Assembly (NCBI GenBank): GCA_049967475.1
Contig: JBMFSQ010000008.1
Location: 32,001 to 96,000, forward strand
DNA length: 64,000 nt
Direction of reading: 5' to 3'
Source: Chthonomonadales bacterium
GTDB lineage: Bacteria > Armatimonadota > Chthonomonadetes > Chthonomonadales > CAJBBX01
Shown here piece after piece: positions 20,481 to 31,199 of the stretch (positions are counted from its first letter, which is position 1; each line of letters starts with the position of its first letter). The notes beneath the pieces are model-generated. The model saw only the letters and a program-made list of their open reading frames with translations. It was not told the origin of the DNA and searched no databases. Position numbers and translations under genes: made by a program.

Positions 20481-20513
20481 GCCTCTTTCCTTGCGGGAAG
20501 AGGTTTTTTGTTT
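20481..20513 (+). terminator. Riboswitch-controlled intrinsic terminator
   Basis: CCTCTTTCC-TTGC-GGGAAGAGG stem plus TTTTTTGTTT, between the aptamer and metK. Confidence 0.88.
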
Positions 20514-20587
20514 CGTTCGTGCCTTCCCCGCGTCCGCCCTCAATTTCAGCTTCGGCAAACAGCGCAGCGACAAAAGGAGCTCCTCAA

Positions 20588-21736
20588 GTGATCAATCTCT
20601 TTACGTCCGAAAGTGTATCCGAGGGCCATCCCGATAAACTGGCCGACCAGATCAGCGACGCCCTCCTGGATGAATTGCTTGAACAAGACCGCAACGCTCA
20701 CGTTGCCCTGGAAACCTTGCTCACCCGCGGCCTTTGCGTAGTGGGCGGAGAGGTTACCACTACAGGATATGTAGAAGTACCCGACATCGTCCGCAAGACT
20801 ATCTGCGACGTAGGATACACCAGCACGGACTACGGCTTCGATGGAAGGACGTGCGGCGTGATGGTGGCGATCCAGCGCCAGTCCGAGGATATTGCCATGG
20901 GAGTGGATCGGGGCAATCCCGAGGATCAGGGCGCGGGGGATCAGGGCATGATGTTCGGATTTGCCTGCAACGAGACGGCAGAACTCATGCCGCTTCCTAT
21001 AACGATGGCTCACCGCCTTGTTCGCCAGTACACAGAAGTGCGCAAGGCACATCCTGAATTGGGCTTTCGGCCCGACGCAAAATCCCAAGTTACCATAGCC
21101 TATGCGGACGGCAAGCCGCGATATATAGACACAGTCGTCTTCTCTGCTCAGCATGACGAGACACTTACTCAGTGCGATGTAGAATCCCGCGTGCGCGAGC
21201 ACGTTATTCGACCCGTGCTGGCAGAGTTCTGCGAATTCGATAACGGCGAGATCAAATACCATATCAATCCCACGGGCCGCTTCGTAATCGGAGGTCCTCA
21301 AGCGGATACCGGCGTTACAGGGCGCAAAATCATCGTGGACACCTACGGAGGTTACGCCCGCCATGGCGGGGGGGCATTCTCGGGCAAGGATCCATCGAAG
21401 GTGGACCGGTCGGCTGCGTATTTTGCGCGGTATCTGGCCAAGAACATCGTTGCGGCCGGCCTGGCTGCCAAAGTGGAGATCCAGGTGGCTTACGCCATCG
21501 GTGTGGCGGAGCCGGTAGGGTTTTACGTTGAGACCTTCGGGACCAACACAATCCCCAACGAAGAGATCGTCAAGCGCCTTAGCGGAGTAATGGATCTGAG
21601 GCCCAGGGCCATCATCGAACACCTGGGGCTGCTGGACCGAAAGCGCGTGTCATACCTGCAGACGGCTAAGAATGGGCACTTCGGCCATCCGCAATTTACG
21701 TGGGAGCGCACCGATCTGGCGGAAAAGCTGAGGTAA
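20588..21736 (+). CDS. metK: S-adenosylmethionine synthetase
   Basis: [19 protein letters not shown] and [19 protein letters not shown] start after AAAGGAG. Confidence 0.98.
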   Translation: MINLFTSESVSEGHPDKLADQISDALLDELLEQDRNAHVALETLLTRGLCVVGGEVTTTGYVEVPDIVRKTICDVGYTSTDYGFDGRTCGVMVAIQRQSEDIAMGVDRGNPEDQGAGDQGMMFGFACNETAELMPLPITMAHRLVRQYTEVRKAHPELGFRPDAKSQVTIAYADGKPRYIDTVVFSAQHDETLTQCDVESRVREHVIRPVLAEFCEFDNGEIKYHINPTGRFVIGGPQADTGVTGRKIIVDTYGGYARHGGGAFSGKDPSKVDRSAAYFARYLAKNIVAAGLAAKVEIQVAYAIGVAEPVGFYVETFGTNTIPNEEIVKRLSGVMDLRPRAIIEHLGLLDRKRVSYLQTAKNGHFGHPQFTWERTDLAEKLR

Positions 21737-21825
21737 CAAACACCCGCCGTTCCTGCACTTGCCGAGAACCAAATCTAAGCGGAACGCCTGCGCGCCTCAG
21801 TCTACGCATGAGGGGGGATCATGCC

Positions 21826-22389
21826 GTGGTTGACGACACGGAGCCCAATGTGTGTGCCTTGGATCGAGCACGGGCGGCTCTGGCTGCCGGCGATGCTTTG
21901 GCTGCCGTGGCTCAATTGAGTGGGATTGTTGCGCTCAGCCCGGAGGATGCTGAGGCCTGGGAATGGCTCGGCGCCGCCCAGCTCAAGGCAGGGAACCTTG
22001 CTCAGGCGCGTGATGCCCTGGAACGAGCCACGATCTTGGAGCCTCAACGACCGCGGGCGCACCTCCAATTGGCGCGGGTGCTGAAGCTGAAGCAGGAGTA
22101 CGACTACGCAATCCAGGAGGTCCAAGCAGCGCTGCTGCTCGATCCGCACAACGTTGAGGCCAAGCAGCTCCAAGAGGATCTGGCACAGGATCTTCGCGCT
22201 CTAAGGGATCACACTACGGAGGGCTTTGCTGTGGTGAAGAGCGCTGCGAACCCTTTGGAACATCCTCCGGGTGTATGGGCTCAATTGCCATGCCCCATAT
22301 GCGGCTTCCACAACTTCATCACGGCGCGCACATGCGCCCGGTGTGGGAGCCTGTTGCCTGAAGGGGACGACATGCGTCCGGCCGAGTAG
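21826..22389 (+). CDS. TPR-repeat protein with C-terminal Zn finger
   Basis: TPR patterns (AEAWEWLG, AHLQLA, LDPHN) and CPICG..N......CARCG. Start is uncertain (21808 or 21826). Confidence 0.75.
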   Translation: MVDDTEPNVCALDRARAALAAGDALAAVAQLSGIVALSPEDAEAWEWLGAAQLKAGNLAQARDALERATILEPQRPRAHLQLARVLKLKQEYDYAIQEVQAALLLDPHNVEAKQLQEDLAQDLRALRDHTTEGFAVVKSAANPLEHPPGVWAQLPCPICGFHNFITARTCARCGSLLPEGDDMRPAE

Positions 22390-22413
22390 ATGGTTCGGCC
22401 GGGTGCCGATGCA

Positions 22414-24189
22414 TTATCGGTGCAGGTGGGCGGTGAGTTTCCCGGCGGTCACTTGGATCGCACCCTGCGCTCCGTCCCATACGACCTCGACCTCGGCTCG
22501 GCCGTCTGGGCCCGTTACCACTTGGGGAGGGTCGGCGGCTCCGGAATGGATTGCGATGGCGACCGGAACCGCTGCTGCACCATTGCCGTAGCGGTCCATA
22601 ACAGAGATATGCAGGATGGATCGGTCCGGGGGATTGTTGGGTGCCGGGCCCAGGGATGCGCGAAGCGATGCCGGTGGCCCTGCCGATATGGCGAACGGGA
22701 TCCTGGCCACAACTGCTCCGTTGCACCAGGCAACAGCCGTGCCGGTCCCGGCATGTTTGCCGGTAAGAACACCTCCTTGATCCACGAAGGCCGTGCCTTC
22801 CAGAGTGGACCAGATCACATTCCCCTTCAACGCGGCATCTCGTGCCGCAAGGGGAACGCTTTCTCCAGCCTGAAGGCGCACCAGAGGCTGGGTGGACGGC
22901 TCCGGTTGAGACGCTTCCTGCACCTTTGTGGGCGGGACGGGCGATTTGGCCCCTGGGTTGGCGTATACGAGGATCGCCTCAGCCACGGCGTTGGGTAGCC
23001 CATCGGACGGCGCATTCACGTATCCGCCCGCAAGCCACATCGAGGTGCTGCCTCCGCCATCCAGGTTGATGGCGTCTACAGCTCCAAGCCGCATCATGAT
23101 TTCCGCCAATTCGGTCAGCGTCACACCGCGGCTTTGGGGCTGACGACCGTCCACCGTAACCAATAGGATCTGCCCGTCGCTTTTCAACCCGATTGCGGAG
23201 CGGGGATGGCGGGCATCCACGAACGTCTTGGGGTTGAAGCCTTCGTCGGTGCCGTCCACGTCAATGCGTCCGTTGCGAACGAGCCAGGGACCGCCGCCCA
23301 CGGCCTGCACAACGTCGTTCCATACGGATTGCCGCGCTCGTGCTGCAGACGAGTTGGGGCGTTCGGGTACGATGGACCGCTCGAGGTTCCCGGCCGAGGA
23401 GTATTCCAAGTCGAACGTGACGGTAACGGAATCCCCTATATGCAGATGGGTCCGGAGCCATTCTGCCGCCGCTCCGGAAGCAGCCAGCACGGCACCTCCC
23501 GCCGGGATAGATGCGGAAGGATCCCCTGCGGTGCACGCACCGGCGATGCCTCGTACTTCTCGGCCGGGCGCAAGCGGCGTTGAAAGCGCGGACAGGGGGA
23601 TCATGACTGCTGTAGACGGCACGCGGCATCGTGCGCCGAACGTCGGCGTGAGGATGACCATCTCTTGATCTCCCAACGGCCGGTTGACACCCGATATCCG
23701 GAATTCCGCGCCGTCGGCTGCACGCACGGCACCGCGGCATTGCACGATGCCGAACACGCAGCGCCCTTCTGCCGTGATGCCCCACACCGCTCGGTTGGGC
23801 AAGCTGTCGCGAACCAATTCCCCGTTGCGGATGGCCAATCCCACCGGGTCGCCCGTGTAAGGAAAGAAATCCGCGTTGATTGCCGCCATTGCGCCGTGGC
23901 GGGTGGCCATGGAGCCCACGGTCTCCCTGCCTTGCGTGGGGTCGTCGGCCAGCAGAACGTCTTGACCGAAGGCCGTCTCCATGCGAACCCCCGGAGCCCT
24001 GGGGTTCACCGTCAGCGCGTTGATCACCAAGGGGCCCCGTGGCGGAGGAATGATCTGCTGGGTCAAATGGATGCCGGGGGCCACATCGGCATCGTACACC
24101 TTAGCATCGGAGGTTATCCCCGTGAAGGGGGAGTGGAGTGGTGGGGGTGCCAGGAGTGCGGCGGCGCACAGGAGTGTGAACATAGGCAC
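22414..24189 (-). CDS. Secreted phosphodiester glycosidase (NAGPA-domain) family protein with C-terminal Ig-like domains
   Basis: AAINADFF, GGGP.LV, HPRSAIG, VDGRQ and NLDGGGS motifs; N-terminal signal peptide. Confidence 0.85.
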   Translation of the reverse strand: MPMFTLLCAAALLAPPPLHSPFTGITSDAKVYDADVAPGIHLTQQIIPPPRGPLVINALTVNPRAPGVRMETAFGQDVLLADDPTQGRETVGSMATRHGAMAAINADFFPYTGDPVGLAIRNGELVRDSLPNRAVWGITAEGRCVFGIVQCRGAVRAADGAEFRISGVNRPLGDQEMVILTPTFGARCRVPSTAVMIPLSALSTPLAPGREVRGIAGACTAGDPSASIPAGGAVLAASGAAAEWLRTHLHIGDSVTVTFDLEYSSAGNLERSIVPERPNSSAARARQSVWNDVVQAVGGGPWLVRNGRIDVDGTDEGFNPKTFVDARHPRSAIGLKSDGQILLVTVDGRQPQSRGVTLTELAEIMMRLGAVDAINLDGGGSTSMWLAGGYVNAPSDGLPNAVAEAILVYANPGAKSPVPPTKVQEASQPEPSTQPLVRLQAGESVPLAARDAALKGNVIWSTLEGTAFVDQGGVLTGKHAGTGTAVAWCNGAVVARIPFAISAGPPASLRASLGPAPNNPPDRSILHISVMDRYGNGAAAVPVAIAIHSGAADPPQVVTGPDGRAEVEVVWDGAQGAIQVTAGKLTAHLHR

Positions 24190-24369
24190 GATAGAAGCAT
24201 TCCCTTTGAGAACGTGATACGGCGTGCATTATAGCGGCATCAGATAGATGAGGTCAATGAAGCCGGCCGATACACCCCGATGACCGCAGGCGCATTGATC
24301 CGGTTGCGAAGCAAAAATCGGGTACAATACGCCTCGACGGCAGCCCTGCAAATGGATGCGTGGATCTGC

Positions 24370-24387
24370 TTGTGACGCATTTCACGC
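24370..24387. promoter_or_regulatory. Rex/CRP-like palindromic operator upstream of nuoA
   Basis: TTGTGACGCATTTCACGC matches TTGTGAAnnnnTTCACAA at 11 of 14 positions and lies downstream of a TACAAT -10 element. Confidence 0.5.
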
Positions 24388-24406
24388 AGCGCTTGGGAGC
24401 AAACAG

Positions 24407-24922
24407 ATGCTGGGTTCGTATGTACCGATCGTTGTTATGATGGTTCTGGCGGCGGTGATTGCCGGAGGAATGGTTGCTGCCTCTTTTCTGCTGGGACCAA
24501 AGCGGCCTACGCGGTTCAAACAGGCTGCGTACGAATGTGGGATGACCCCTGTAGGATCTGCCAGGGAGCGTTTCCCTGTGAAGTTCTATCTCGTGGCCAT
24601 GCTCTTCATCATCTTCGACATTGAGACGGTGTTCCTTTACCCCTGGGCTGTCGTCTTTCGCGGCACGGGGCGCGACTACGCCGACAAAGTGTTTCTTCTG
24701 GCGGAAATGGCCGTATTCGTGATCATCCTGTTCATCGGCTACTTCTACATACTGGGCAAGGGCGCTCTGGAATGGGATGAAGCTACGTCTGCGCTTCCGG
24801 TTCCGGAGAAGCGGCTGCTCGCTCCCCGCCCGCCGATCCGCTTCGGCAATGAGGGGGCGCCCGTGCGGTTGGACGGCGCGAAGGGGAACGTTCCGAAGCC
24901 TCAGGAAAGGACGGCTGCGTGA
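24407..24922 (+). CDS. nuoA: NADH-quinone oxidoreductase subunit A
   Basis: YECG, FYLVAMLFIIFDIE and GALEWD; extra 47-aa C-terminal tail. Confidence 0.96.
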   Translation: MLGSYVPIVVMMVLAAVIAGGMVAASFLLGPKRPTRFKQAAYECGMTPVGSARERFPVKFYLVAMLFIIFDIETVFLYPWAVVFRGTGRDYADKVFLLAEMAVFVIILFIGYFYILGKGALEWDEATSALPVPEKRLLAPRPPIRFGNEGAPVRLDGAKGNVPKPQERTAA

Positions 24923-25572
24923 TGACAGTCGTGACGGATCACGCAGAACCGGGCGCCGCCGAGCGCATCGAGGTAACGCGCATCCGCGAGCGCTTTCCGG
25001 GAGCCGTCGTGGAGGTCAACACCTTTCGAGGGGACACGCGTATCACCGTGGTGCGCGAACTCATTGTTCCCATTCTGCAGCTCCTCCGCGACGACCCGGA
25101 TCTCCAGTTCAACTTCTTTTCCGAATGCCTTGGGGTAGACTATCTCGATCCCAAGACACGGCGCTATATTCTGGGCAAGCCTCACCGCTTCGAAGTTGTG
25201 TACAACCTATATTCACTGAAGGACGTGCGGACGGGGCGGGGACGCAACGCGCGCATCTTCATCAAAGTGGGTGTCCCGGAGGAGGACCCAGTAGTTCCCA
25301 CGGTTACCGGGGTCTATCCCGGCGCGAATTGGCCCGAGCGGGAAATCTGGGATATGTTCGGGATTCGTTTTGAGGGTCATCCGGATCTCCGCCGCATCCT
25401 GATGAGCGACGACTGGATCGGTCACCCCCAGCGCAAGGATTTCCCTTTGGGAGGGGAACGCGTGCAGTTTCCAGGCGGCAAGCGCGGACCCTCTGTTGGC
25501 GAAGGCATCGTGGCGCATCCGGGAGAGAGCTTTTTCGGCAAGACCGCCAGCGAATTCGGCGAAAGAGACTGA
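24919..25572 (+). CDS. nuoC: NADH-quinone oxidoreductase subunit C
   Basis: RFEVVYNL, ANWPEREIWDMFGI.FEGHPDLRRILM and GHPQRKDFPL. Confidence 0.96.
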   Translation: MMTVVTDHAEPGAAERIEVTRIRERFPGAVVEVNTFRGDTRITVVRELIVPILQLLRDDPDLQFNFFSECLGVDYLDPKTRRYILGKPHRFEVVYNLYSLKDVRTGRGRNARIFIKVGVPEEDPVVPTVTGVYPGANWPEREIWDMFGIRFEGHPDLRRILMSDDWIGHPQRKDFPLGGERVQFPGGKRGPSVGEGIVAHPGESFFGKTASEFGERD

Positions 25573-25587
25573 TCGGCACAACGCAAC

Positions 25588-26823
25588 ATGGCACACGACC
25601 AGCAGATACGCACCACAGCTGCGATGCAGGCGCAAGGGATTTCGCTGGATCCCATTGATGCATCCACCATGGTCATCAACATGGGCCCGCAACATCCCTC
25701 CACCCACGGGGTTTTGCGCGTCGTGCTCGAGCTGGATGGCGAAACAATCGTCAATGCCACCCCTCACATGGGCTATGTGCACACGGGTATCGAGAAAGAG
25801 GGGGAGTATCAAACATACCTGAAGGCCGTTACCATCACGGACCGGATGGATTACCTGGCCGCCCACTGCAACAACCTCGCGTATAGCCTCGCGGTAGAGA
25901 AGCTTTTCGGTGTGGAGCCGCCCCCGCGAGGCCAATACCTTCGCGTGCTGCTGGCGGAACTGCAGCGCATCGCGAGCCATCTGGTGTGGTTGGGTACGCA
26001 TGCTTTGGACATCGGAGCCATGACCGTCTTCTTCTACGCCTTCCGCGAGCGCGAGAAGATCATGGATCTCAACGAGATGATGTCCGGAGTGCGCATGATG
26101 CCTTCCTGGATCGTCCCGGGAGGACTTCGCGGTGATGCTCCCGAGGGCTTCTTTGAGGCGTGCAAAAGGTTTCTGGACGACTTTCCCCGCAGGGTTGACG
26201 AATACGAGACGCTGATAGACCAGAACCCCATTTGGCGAGAGCGCACGCAGGGCATCGGCATCATAACGGCTGAACGCTGCTATGCGTTGGGTGTGAGCGG
26301 ACCTACGCTGAGAGCATGCGGGGTTCCTCACGACATTCGTAAGGCCGTACCCTACACCAGCTATGACCAATTCGATTTTGAAGTGCCGGTCGGTGAGTTT
26401 GGCGACGTATATGACCGGTATCGGGTGCGCATGGCTGAGATGCGCCAGAGCCGTGAGATCGCCCGGCAGGCCATCGAGCGAATGCCCGACGGGCCCATCA
26501 ACGTAGCCGACCGCAAGATCGTGCCTCCTCCACGCGAAGAGTTGGACAGCTCCATGGAATCCCTGATCCACCACTTCCTCCTGTGGACCGAGGGGATGCG
26601 CCCGCCCGTAGGAGAAGCCTATGTTCCTACGGAGTCTCCAAAGGGCGAGCTTGGCTTTTACCTGGTGTCCAATGGTTCGGCGTATCCGTGGCGGATGCAC
26701 GAGCGGCCACCTTCGTTCATGAACCTGCAGGCTCTCGCCGATTTGTGCGTCGGGCGCCTGATCGCAGATGTAGTAGCCATAATCGGCAGCATTGACATCG
26801 TATTGGGAGAGATAGACCGCTGA
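25588..26823 (+). CDS. nuoD: NADH-quinone oxidoreductase subunit D
   Basis: NMGPQHPSTHGVLR, DRMDY, ESPKGELG and GEIDR. Confidence 0.98.
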   Translation: MAHDQQIRTTAAMQAQGISLDPIDASTMVINMGPQHPSTHGVLRVVLELDGETIVNATPHMGYVHTGIEKEGEYQTYLKAVTITDRMDYLAAHCNNLAYSLAVEKLFGVEPPPRGQYLRVLLAELQRIASHLVWLGTHALDIGAMTVFFYAFREREKIMDLNEMMSGVRMMPSWIVPGGLRGDAPEGFFEACKRFLDDFPRRVDEYETLIDQNPIWRERTQGIGIITAERCYALGVSGPTLRACGVPHDIRKAVPYTSYDQFDFEVPVGEFGDVYDRYRVRMAEMRQSREIARQAIERMPDGPINVADRKIVPPPREELDSSMESLIHHFLLWTEGMRPPVGEAYVPTESPKGELGFYLVSNGSAYPWRMHERPPSFMNLQALADLCVGRLIADVVAIIGSIDIVLGEIDR

Positions 26824-26877
26824 TGCCGGGAGCCCTCCGGCTCCTGAAATATGCGGCAATTGGGGGCATTGGTACAA

Positions 26878-27528
26878 ATGGCAGGAACGGGACCGCGATT
26901 GCCCATCGTTGGGGGTGTGGCCGAACCTCAACCGGCGCCGCCGAAAGAATATCGCTTCTCGGAACAGGCGATCGGCGAACTCAACGAGATCATGAGCCAC
27001 TATCCCGAGAAGAAAGCGGCCATGCTTCCGGCGCTCTGGATCGCCCAGCGCGAGTACGGGGGAGTATTGACGCCCCAGGCGCTGCAAGAGGTTGCGGATC
27101 GCCTTGGACGCTCCTACGCCGAAGTGGAGGGCGTAGCGACCTTCTATTCCATGTACAACTTCCAGCGCCGGGGCCGCCACCACCTGGAGGTCTGCACGTG
27201 CCTCACATGCGGCGCAACCAACGCCTATGCAGTAGTGCACAAGCTGGAGGAGCGATTAGGCATCCGGCTGGGTGAGGTGACCCCCGATGGCGAGTTCAGC
27301 CTGGCCGAGGTAGAGTGCCTGGACTGGTGTGAGGCCGCCACGGTAGTGCAGGTGGGGGACCGTTATTACGGGAACGTGTCGCCGGATAACGTGGATGCGC
27401 TTTTGGAGGAGCTGAAGCGCGACGAAGATCGCACGCCTCAGGCACAGGCCGACACCATCGTGAGGATGCACTTACGCGGGCGCAGCGCCACACCCGACGA
27501 GCCTGATAAGCATGGAGGCACAGAGTAA
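26878..27528 (+). CDS. nuoE: NADH-quinone oxidoreductase subunit E
   Basis: VATFYSMY, Cx4C...Cx3C N1a ligands. Alternative start at 26851. Confidence 0.95.
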   Translation: MAGTGPRLPIVGGVAEPQPAPPKEYRFSEQAIGELNEIMSHYPEKKAAMLPALWIAQREYGGVLTPQALQEVADRLGRSYAEVEGVATFYSMYNFQRRGRHHLEVCTCLTCGATNAYAVVHKLEERLGIRLGEVTPDGEFSLAEVECLDWCEAATVVQVGDRYYGNVSPDNVDALLEELKRDEDRTPQAQADTIVRMHLRGRSATPDEPDKHGGTE

Positions 27529-27534
27529 CAGCCT

Positions 27535-28875
27535 ATGCCCGAACGATTGGTGCTGCTCAAAAACCGCAATGTTCCAGGCATCTCGGATATCGCCGTGTAT
27601 GAACAGCATGGCGGATATGAAGGATTGCGGAAGGCCGTTGGAATGGAACGCCAGGCCGTGATAGACGAAGTGAAAGCTTCCGGCTTGCGCGGCCGCGGAG
27701 GCGCCGGCTTCCCAACCTGGATCAAATGGAATGGTATCCCCAAAGACACTTCGCGCCCTCATTACGTGCTCTGCAATGCAGACGAAGGGGAGCCCGGTAC
27801 GTTCAAGGACCGCGAGCTCATGCTTCGGCTACCCCATATGGTGGTGGAGGGCATCATCATCGGGGCTTACGCAACGTTGAGCCGCCAGGGCTACATCTAT
27901 ATCCGAGGCGAATTCACCGAGCCTGCCCAATCTATACGCCGGGCCATTGACCAAGCTTATGCCCGCGGATACCTGGGCCGTAAGATCTTGGGAGTTGAGG
28001 ACTTCGATTTCGATTTGGACATCCACATGGGTGCCGGCAGCTATGAATGCGGTGAAGAGACGGCCCTCATGAGCAGCCTAATGGGGGAGCGTGGCCAGCC
28101 TCGCCTCAAGATGCCCCATGCACCTCTGCCGGTAATCGAAGGAGTGTGGCGGAGCCCCACGCTCATCAACAATGTGGAGACCTACGCCACGGTGCCGCAC
28201 ATCATCGTCCATGGTGGCGCATGGTACGCCTCCATGGGTACGGAACGAAGCAAAGGGACGAAGGTAATGTCTGTGAGCGGCCATGTGAAGCGGCCCGGCA
28301 ATTACGAAATCGAGATGGGGACGCCGCTCATGGAACTGGTTGAACTGGCCGGCGGAGTAACAGGCGGCAAACTCAAGGCAGTCATTCCCGGGGGAAGCTC
28401 GGTGCCTATTCTGCCGGCAGAAAAGTGCGGCGCAGTAACCCTCGATTACGAAGGATGCCAAGCAGCCGGTACGATGCTCGGTTCGGGGGGCTTCATGGTC
28501 TTTAACGAGCACACGGATATTGTGCTCCTCATGCGCCGGACCGCCGAATTTTACGCCCACGAGTCCTGCGGAAAGTGCACTCCGTGCCGTGAGGGTACCC
28601 GGTGGATGCTCAAGATCTTTGACCGCATCATTTCCGGTGGCGGCCGGCCCTCGGACATTGATCTGTTGACCGATATCTGTAATCAGATGGACGGCCGCTC
28701 TTTTTGCCCGCTCGGCGACGCAGCCGCATGGCCCATACGGGCGAGCATCAAGGAGTTCCGCAGCGAATACGAATATTGGATCCAGCACAAGGCGTCGCCT
28801 CTGGGGCCCGACTGCGTCCCTCCGGTACCCGAAAGGCTCAACCCGGTGCTTCCGAGACTGAGCCGTAATTGGTAA
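27535..28875 (+). CDS. nuoF: NADH-quinone oxidoreductase subunit F
   Basis: GLRGRGGAGFP, NADEGEPGTFKDR, YECGEETAL and ESCGKCTPCREG. Confidence 0.98.
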   Translation: MPERLVLLKNRNVPGISDIAVYEQHGGYEGLRKAVGMERQAVIDEVKASGLRGRGGAGFPTWIKWNGIPKDTSRPHYVLCNADEGEPGTFKDRELMLRLPHMVVEGIIIGAYATLSRQGYIYIRGEFTEPAQSIRRAIDQAYARGYLGRKILGVEDFDFDLDIHMGAGSYECGEETALMSSLMGERGQPRLKMPHAPLPVIEGVWRSPTLINNVETYATVPHIIVHGGAWYASMGTERSKGTKVMSVSGHVKRPGNYEIEMGTPLMELVELAGGVTGGKLKAVIPGGSSVPILPAEKCGAVTLDYEGCQAAGTMLGSGGFMVFNEHTDIVLLMRRTAEFYAHESCGKCTPCREGTRWMLKIFDRIISGGGRPSDIDLLTDICNQMDGRSFCPLGDAAAWPIRASIKEFRSEYEYWIQHKASPLGPDCVPPVPERLNPVLPRLSRNW

Positions 28876-28918
28876 CAAATGTTCTTTCCCCAAATCGCAT
28901 GCCGGTGAATTGCAAACG

Positions 28919-31117
28919 ATGCCCGAACAGGAACTGGTTAACATAACGATCAATGGTGTGAGGCTGCAGGTACCCAAGGGCGAGAAGATCATCGAATCTG
29001 CGCGCCGCATCGGCGTTGAGATCCCATTCTTCTGTTACCATCCGCGGCTTTCGATGGATGAGGGCGGGGCCAATTGCCGCATGTGCCTCGTCGAAGTAGG
29101 GACGACGATGCCCGACGGCTCCGTGCGCAAGATGCCCAAGCCTCAAACGGCGTGCAGCCTGCCCGCTTCGGAAGGTCTGGTGATCGAGACGGACACGGAG
29201 GCCATCGCGAGAGACAGGCGTGGCGTCCTGGAGTTCCTGCTGATCAACCATCCCTTGGATTGCCCCATCTGCGACCGCGGCGGCGAATGCCCGCTGCAGA
29301 ACAATACGCTCTATTACGGACCGCCCACGTCGCGCTATGTGGAGGAGAAGCGTCACTTTCCCAAGGCCTATCCGCTCTCCAAGTACGTTGTGTTCGATCG
29401 GGAGCGCTGCATCCATTGCGCGCGATGCACGCGCTTCACCCGGGATGTGTCTGGAGACCATCAGCTCGATTTTCTGTTCCGGGGCGCCGATATGGAGGTG
29501 GCGACTTTCCAGCACACCGAATTCACCTCGAAGTTCAGCGGCAACGTCATCGAAATCTGCCCGGTGGGAGCATTGCTCTCGCGTACCTACCGCTTTTCTG
29601 CCCGGCCCTGGGATCTCCTCACAGAACGCTCCATTTGCACCCAGTGCGGCAATGGCTGCAACATCAAAATAGACCACCGAGACAACCGCCTCCTTCGCGT
29701 CAACGCACGCCTCAACGAGGCCGTTAACGAAGAGTGGACTTGCGACCGGGGCAAGTTCGGGATGGATTATGTGTCGGCACCGGAACGTCTGCAGCAGCCT
29801 TTGCTCAAGGTGGAAGGGGCGTTCCGGCCGATCTCGTGGGCTGAAGCGGATGCGCTGCTTGTTGAACGGCTCCAACAGGCGGGGCGGGCCGTGGGGGGCA
29901 TCGGAGGGTGCAGCACGCCCAACGAAGATCTGTTTCAGTGGCAGCGCTTCTTCCGTGAAGTGCTTCACGTGCCTAATCTGGATCACCGCATGGGCCCTCA
30001 CTTTCTCCCGACGAACGGCGGATTGTACAGGCGCTTCGGGTACCACACCATGGGCAATGCCATAGCCGACATGGAGCGGATGCGGGCGATCTTCGTATTC
30101 GGTGCGAGCCTTGCAGATGAGCAGCCGATCCTTTTCCTGCGCGTGCGCAAGGCATGGCGCTTCAAGGGTGCCCAAATCATTGAGGCGGGCACGCGGAAAT
30201 CCGAAGTGAGTGACTTTGCATCCGTGTCGCTCGTCCACAAGCCAGGCGCAGAACTTGCCCTGCTCAACGGGCTCCTTCGCGCTGTGTTGGACCAGCAAGA
30301 GGGGAGCGGAAAACCGCCGGTGCCGGAATGGCTCGAACCTTGGACTGTTGGCCGGGCCGCCCTCGAATGCGGGGTGGATGAGGCTGACCTGCGCCGGGCT
30401 GCCTTTCTGTTGGCGTCCGGAGAGGCTGCGTTGATTGCCGGGCACGACGTGACGACCCACCCTCAAGCGGGAGGGTTGCTTACGGCTCTAGGAAACCTCG
30501 CTGCGGCTACGGGCAATCCTGGGAACGTGAATGTGCCCGTTGCGCAGTGCAACCAACAGGGCGCAATGGACATGGGCATCCTCCCCGACGTCCTTCCGGG
30601 GTACGAACCTGCGGCGGAAGCCGGCCTCAACACGCAGCAGATGCTCGAAGCAGCGGCGTCTGGGGACCTGAAGGTGTTGTGGATCGTGGGGCAGGATGTG
30701 GTACAGCAGTTCCATGATAAGGACCTGGCGGCGCGCGCCTTGGAAGCGTGCCCATTCGTGGTCGTGAACGAACTAGCGCTCACGCGGACTGCGGAATTCG
30801 CCGATCTGGTACTCCCGGTGCAGAGCGTTGCTGAGCGCGACGGCACCTTCACCAATATCGAGAGGCGCGTGCAGCGTTTCTACAAGTGCTTTGAGCCGGT
30901 TGGAGAGGCTCGGCCGGACTGGCTGATCTTTTCGCTTCTTGCCACACGCATGGGCGGCATGGCACCTGTGTACAGCTTCCGTGATCTCCTGGAAGAGATC
31001 AATCGGAGTGTACCCTGCTACCAGGGATGTACCCTCGATGCCATGGGGGATGAAGGAATACGATGGGAGTACCCGCCGCAGAATAGGACCGACGTGGCGC
31101 TGGAGCCGCCGGTTTGA
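28919..31117 (+). CDS. nuoG: NADH-quinone oxidoreductase subunit G
   Basis: FCYHP, CRMCLV, NHPLDCPICDRGGECPLQ, CIHCARC and the N7 motif CTQCGNGC...C. Confidence 0.97.
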   Translation: MPEQELVNITINGVRLQVPKGEKIIESARRIGVEIPFFCYHPRLSMDEGGANCRMCLVEVGTTMPDGSVRKMPKPQTACSLPASEGLVIETDTEAIARDRRGVLEFLLINHPLDCPICDRGGECPLQNNTLYYGPPTSRYVEEKRHFPKAYPLSKYVVFDRERCIHCARCTRFTRDVSGDHQLDFLFRGADMEVATFQHTEFTSKFSGNVIEICPVGALLSRTYRFSARPWDLLTERSICTQCGNGCNIKIDHRDNRLLRVNARLNEAVNEEWTCDRGKFGMDYVSAPERLQQPLLKVEGAFRPISWAEADALLVERLQQAGRAVGGIGGCSTPNEDLFQWQRFFREVLHVPNLDHRMGPHFLPTNGGLYRRFGYHTMGNAIADMERMRAIFVFGASLADEQPILFLRVRKAWRFKGAQIIEAGTRKSEVSDFASVSLVHKPGAELALLNGLLRAVLDQQEGSGKPPVPEWLEPWTVGRAALECGVDEADLRRAAFLLASGEAALIAGHDVTTHPQAGGLLTALGNLAAATGNPGNVNVPVAQCNQQGAMDMGILPDVLPGYEPAAEAGLNTQQMLEAAASGDLKVLWIVGQDVVQQFHDKDLAARALEACPFVVVNELALTRTAEFADLVLPVQSVAERDGTFTNIERRVQRFYKCFEPVGEARPDWLIFSLLATRMGGMAPVYSFRDLLEEINRSVPCYQGCTLDAMGDEGIRWEYPPQNRTDVALEPPV

Positions 31118-31199
31118 CGCATCGTGCCTACGTTCGCCGGGGAGGCAGGGGCGCCGCGGGCAGAACGCGCATTCGTAACGCCATGGGGCTTATGGAACT

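Noticed and set aside
25213..27240. Long antisense ORFs (675 aa here; also 28838-30466, 34997-36475, 50405-52621, 16099-17487)
   Set aside because: They are shadow frames opposite well-conserved genes in GC-rich DNA and contain no recognisable motifs.
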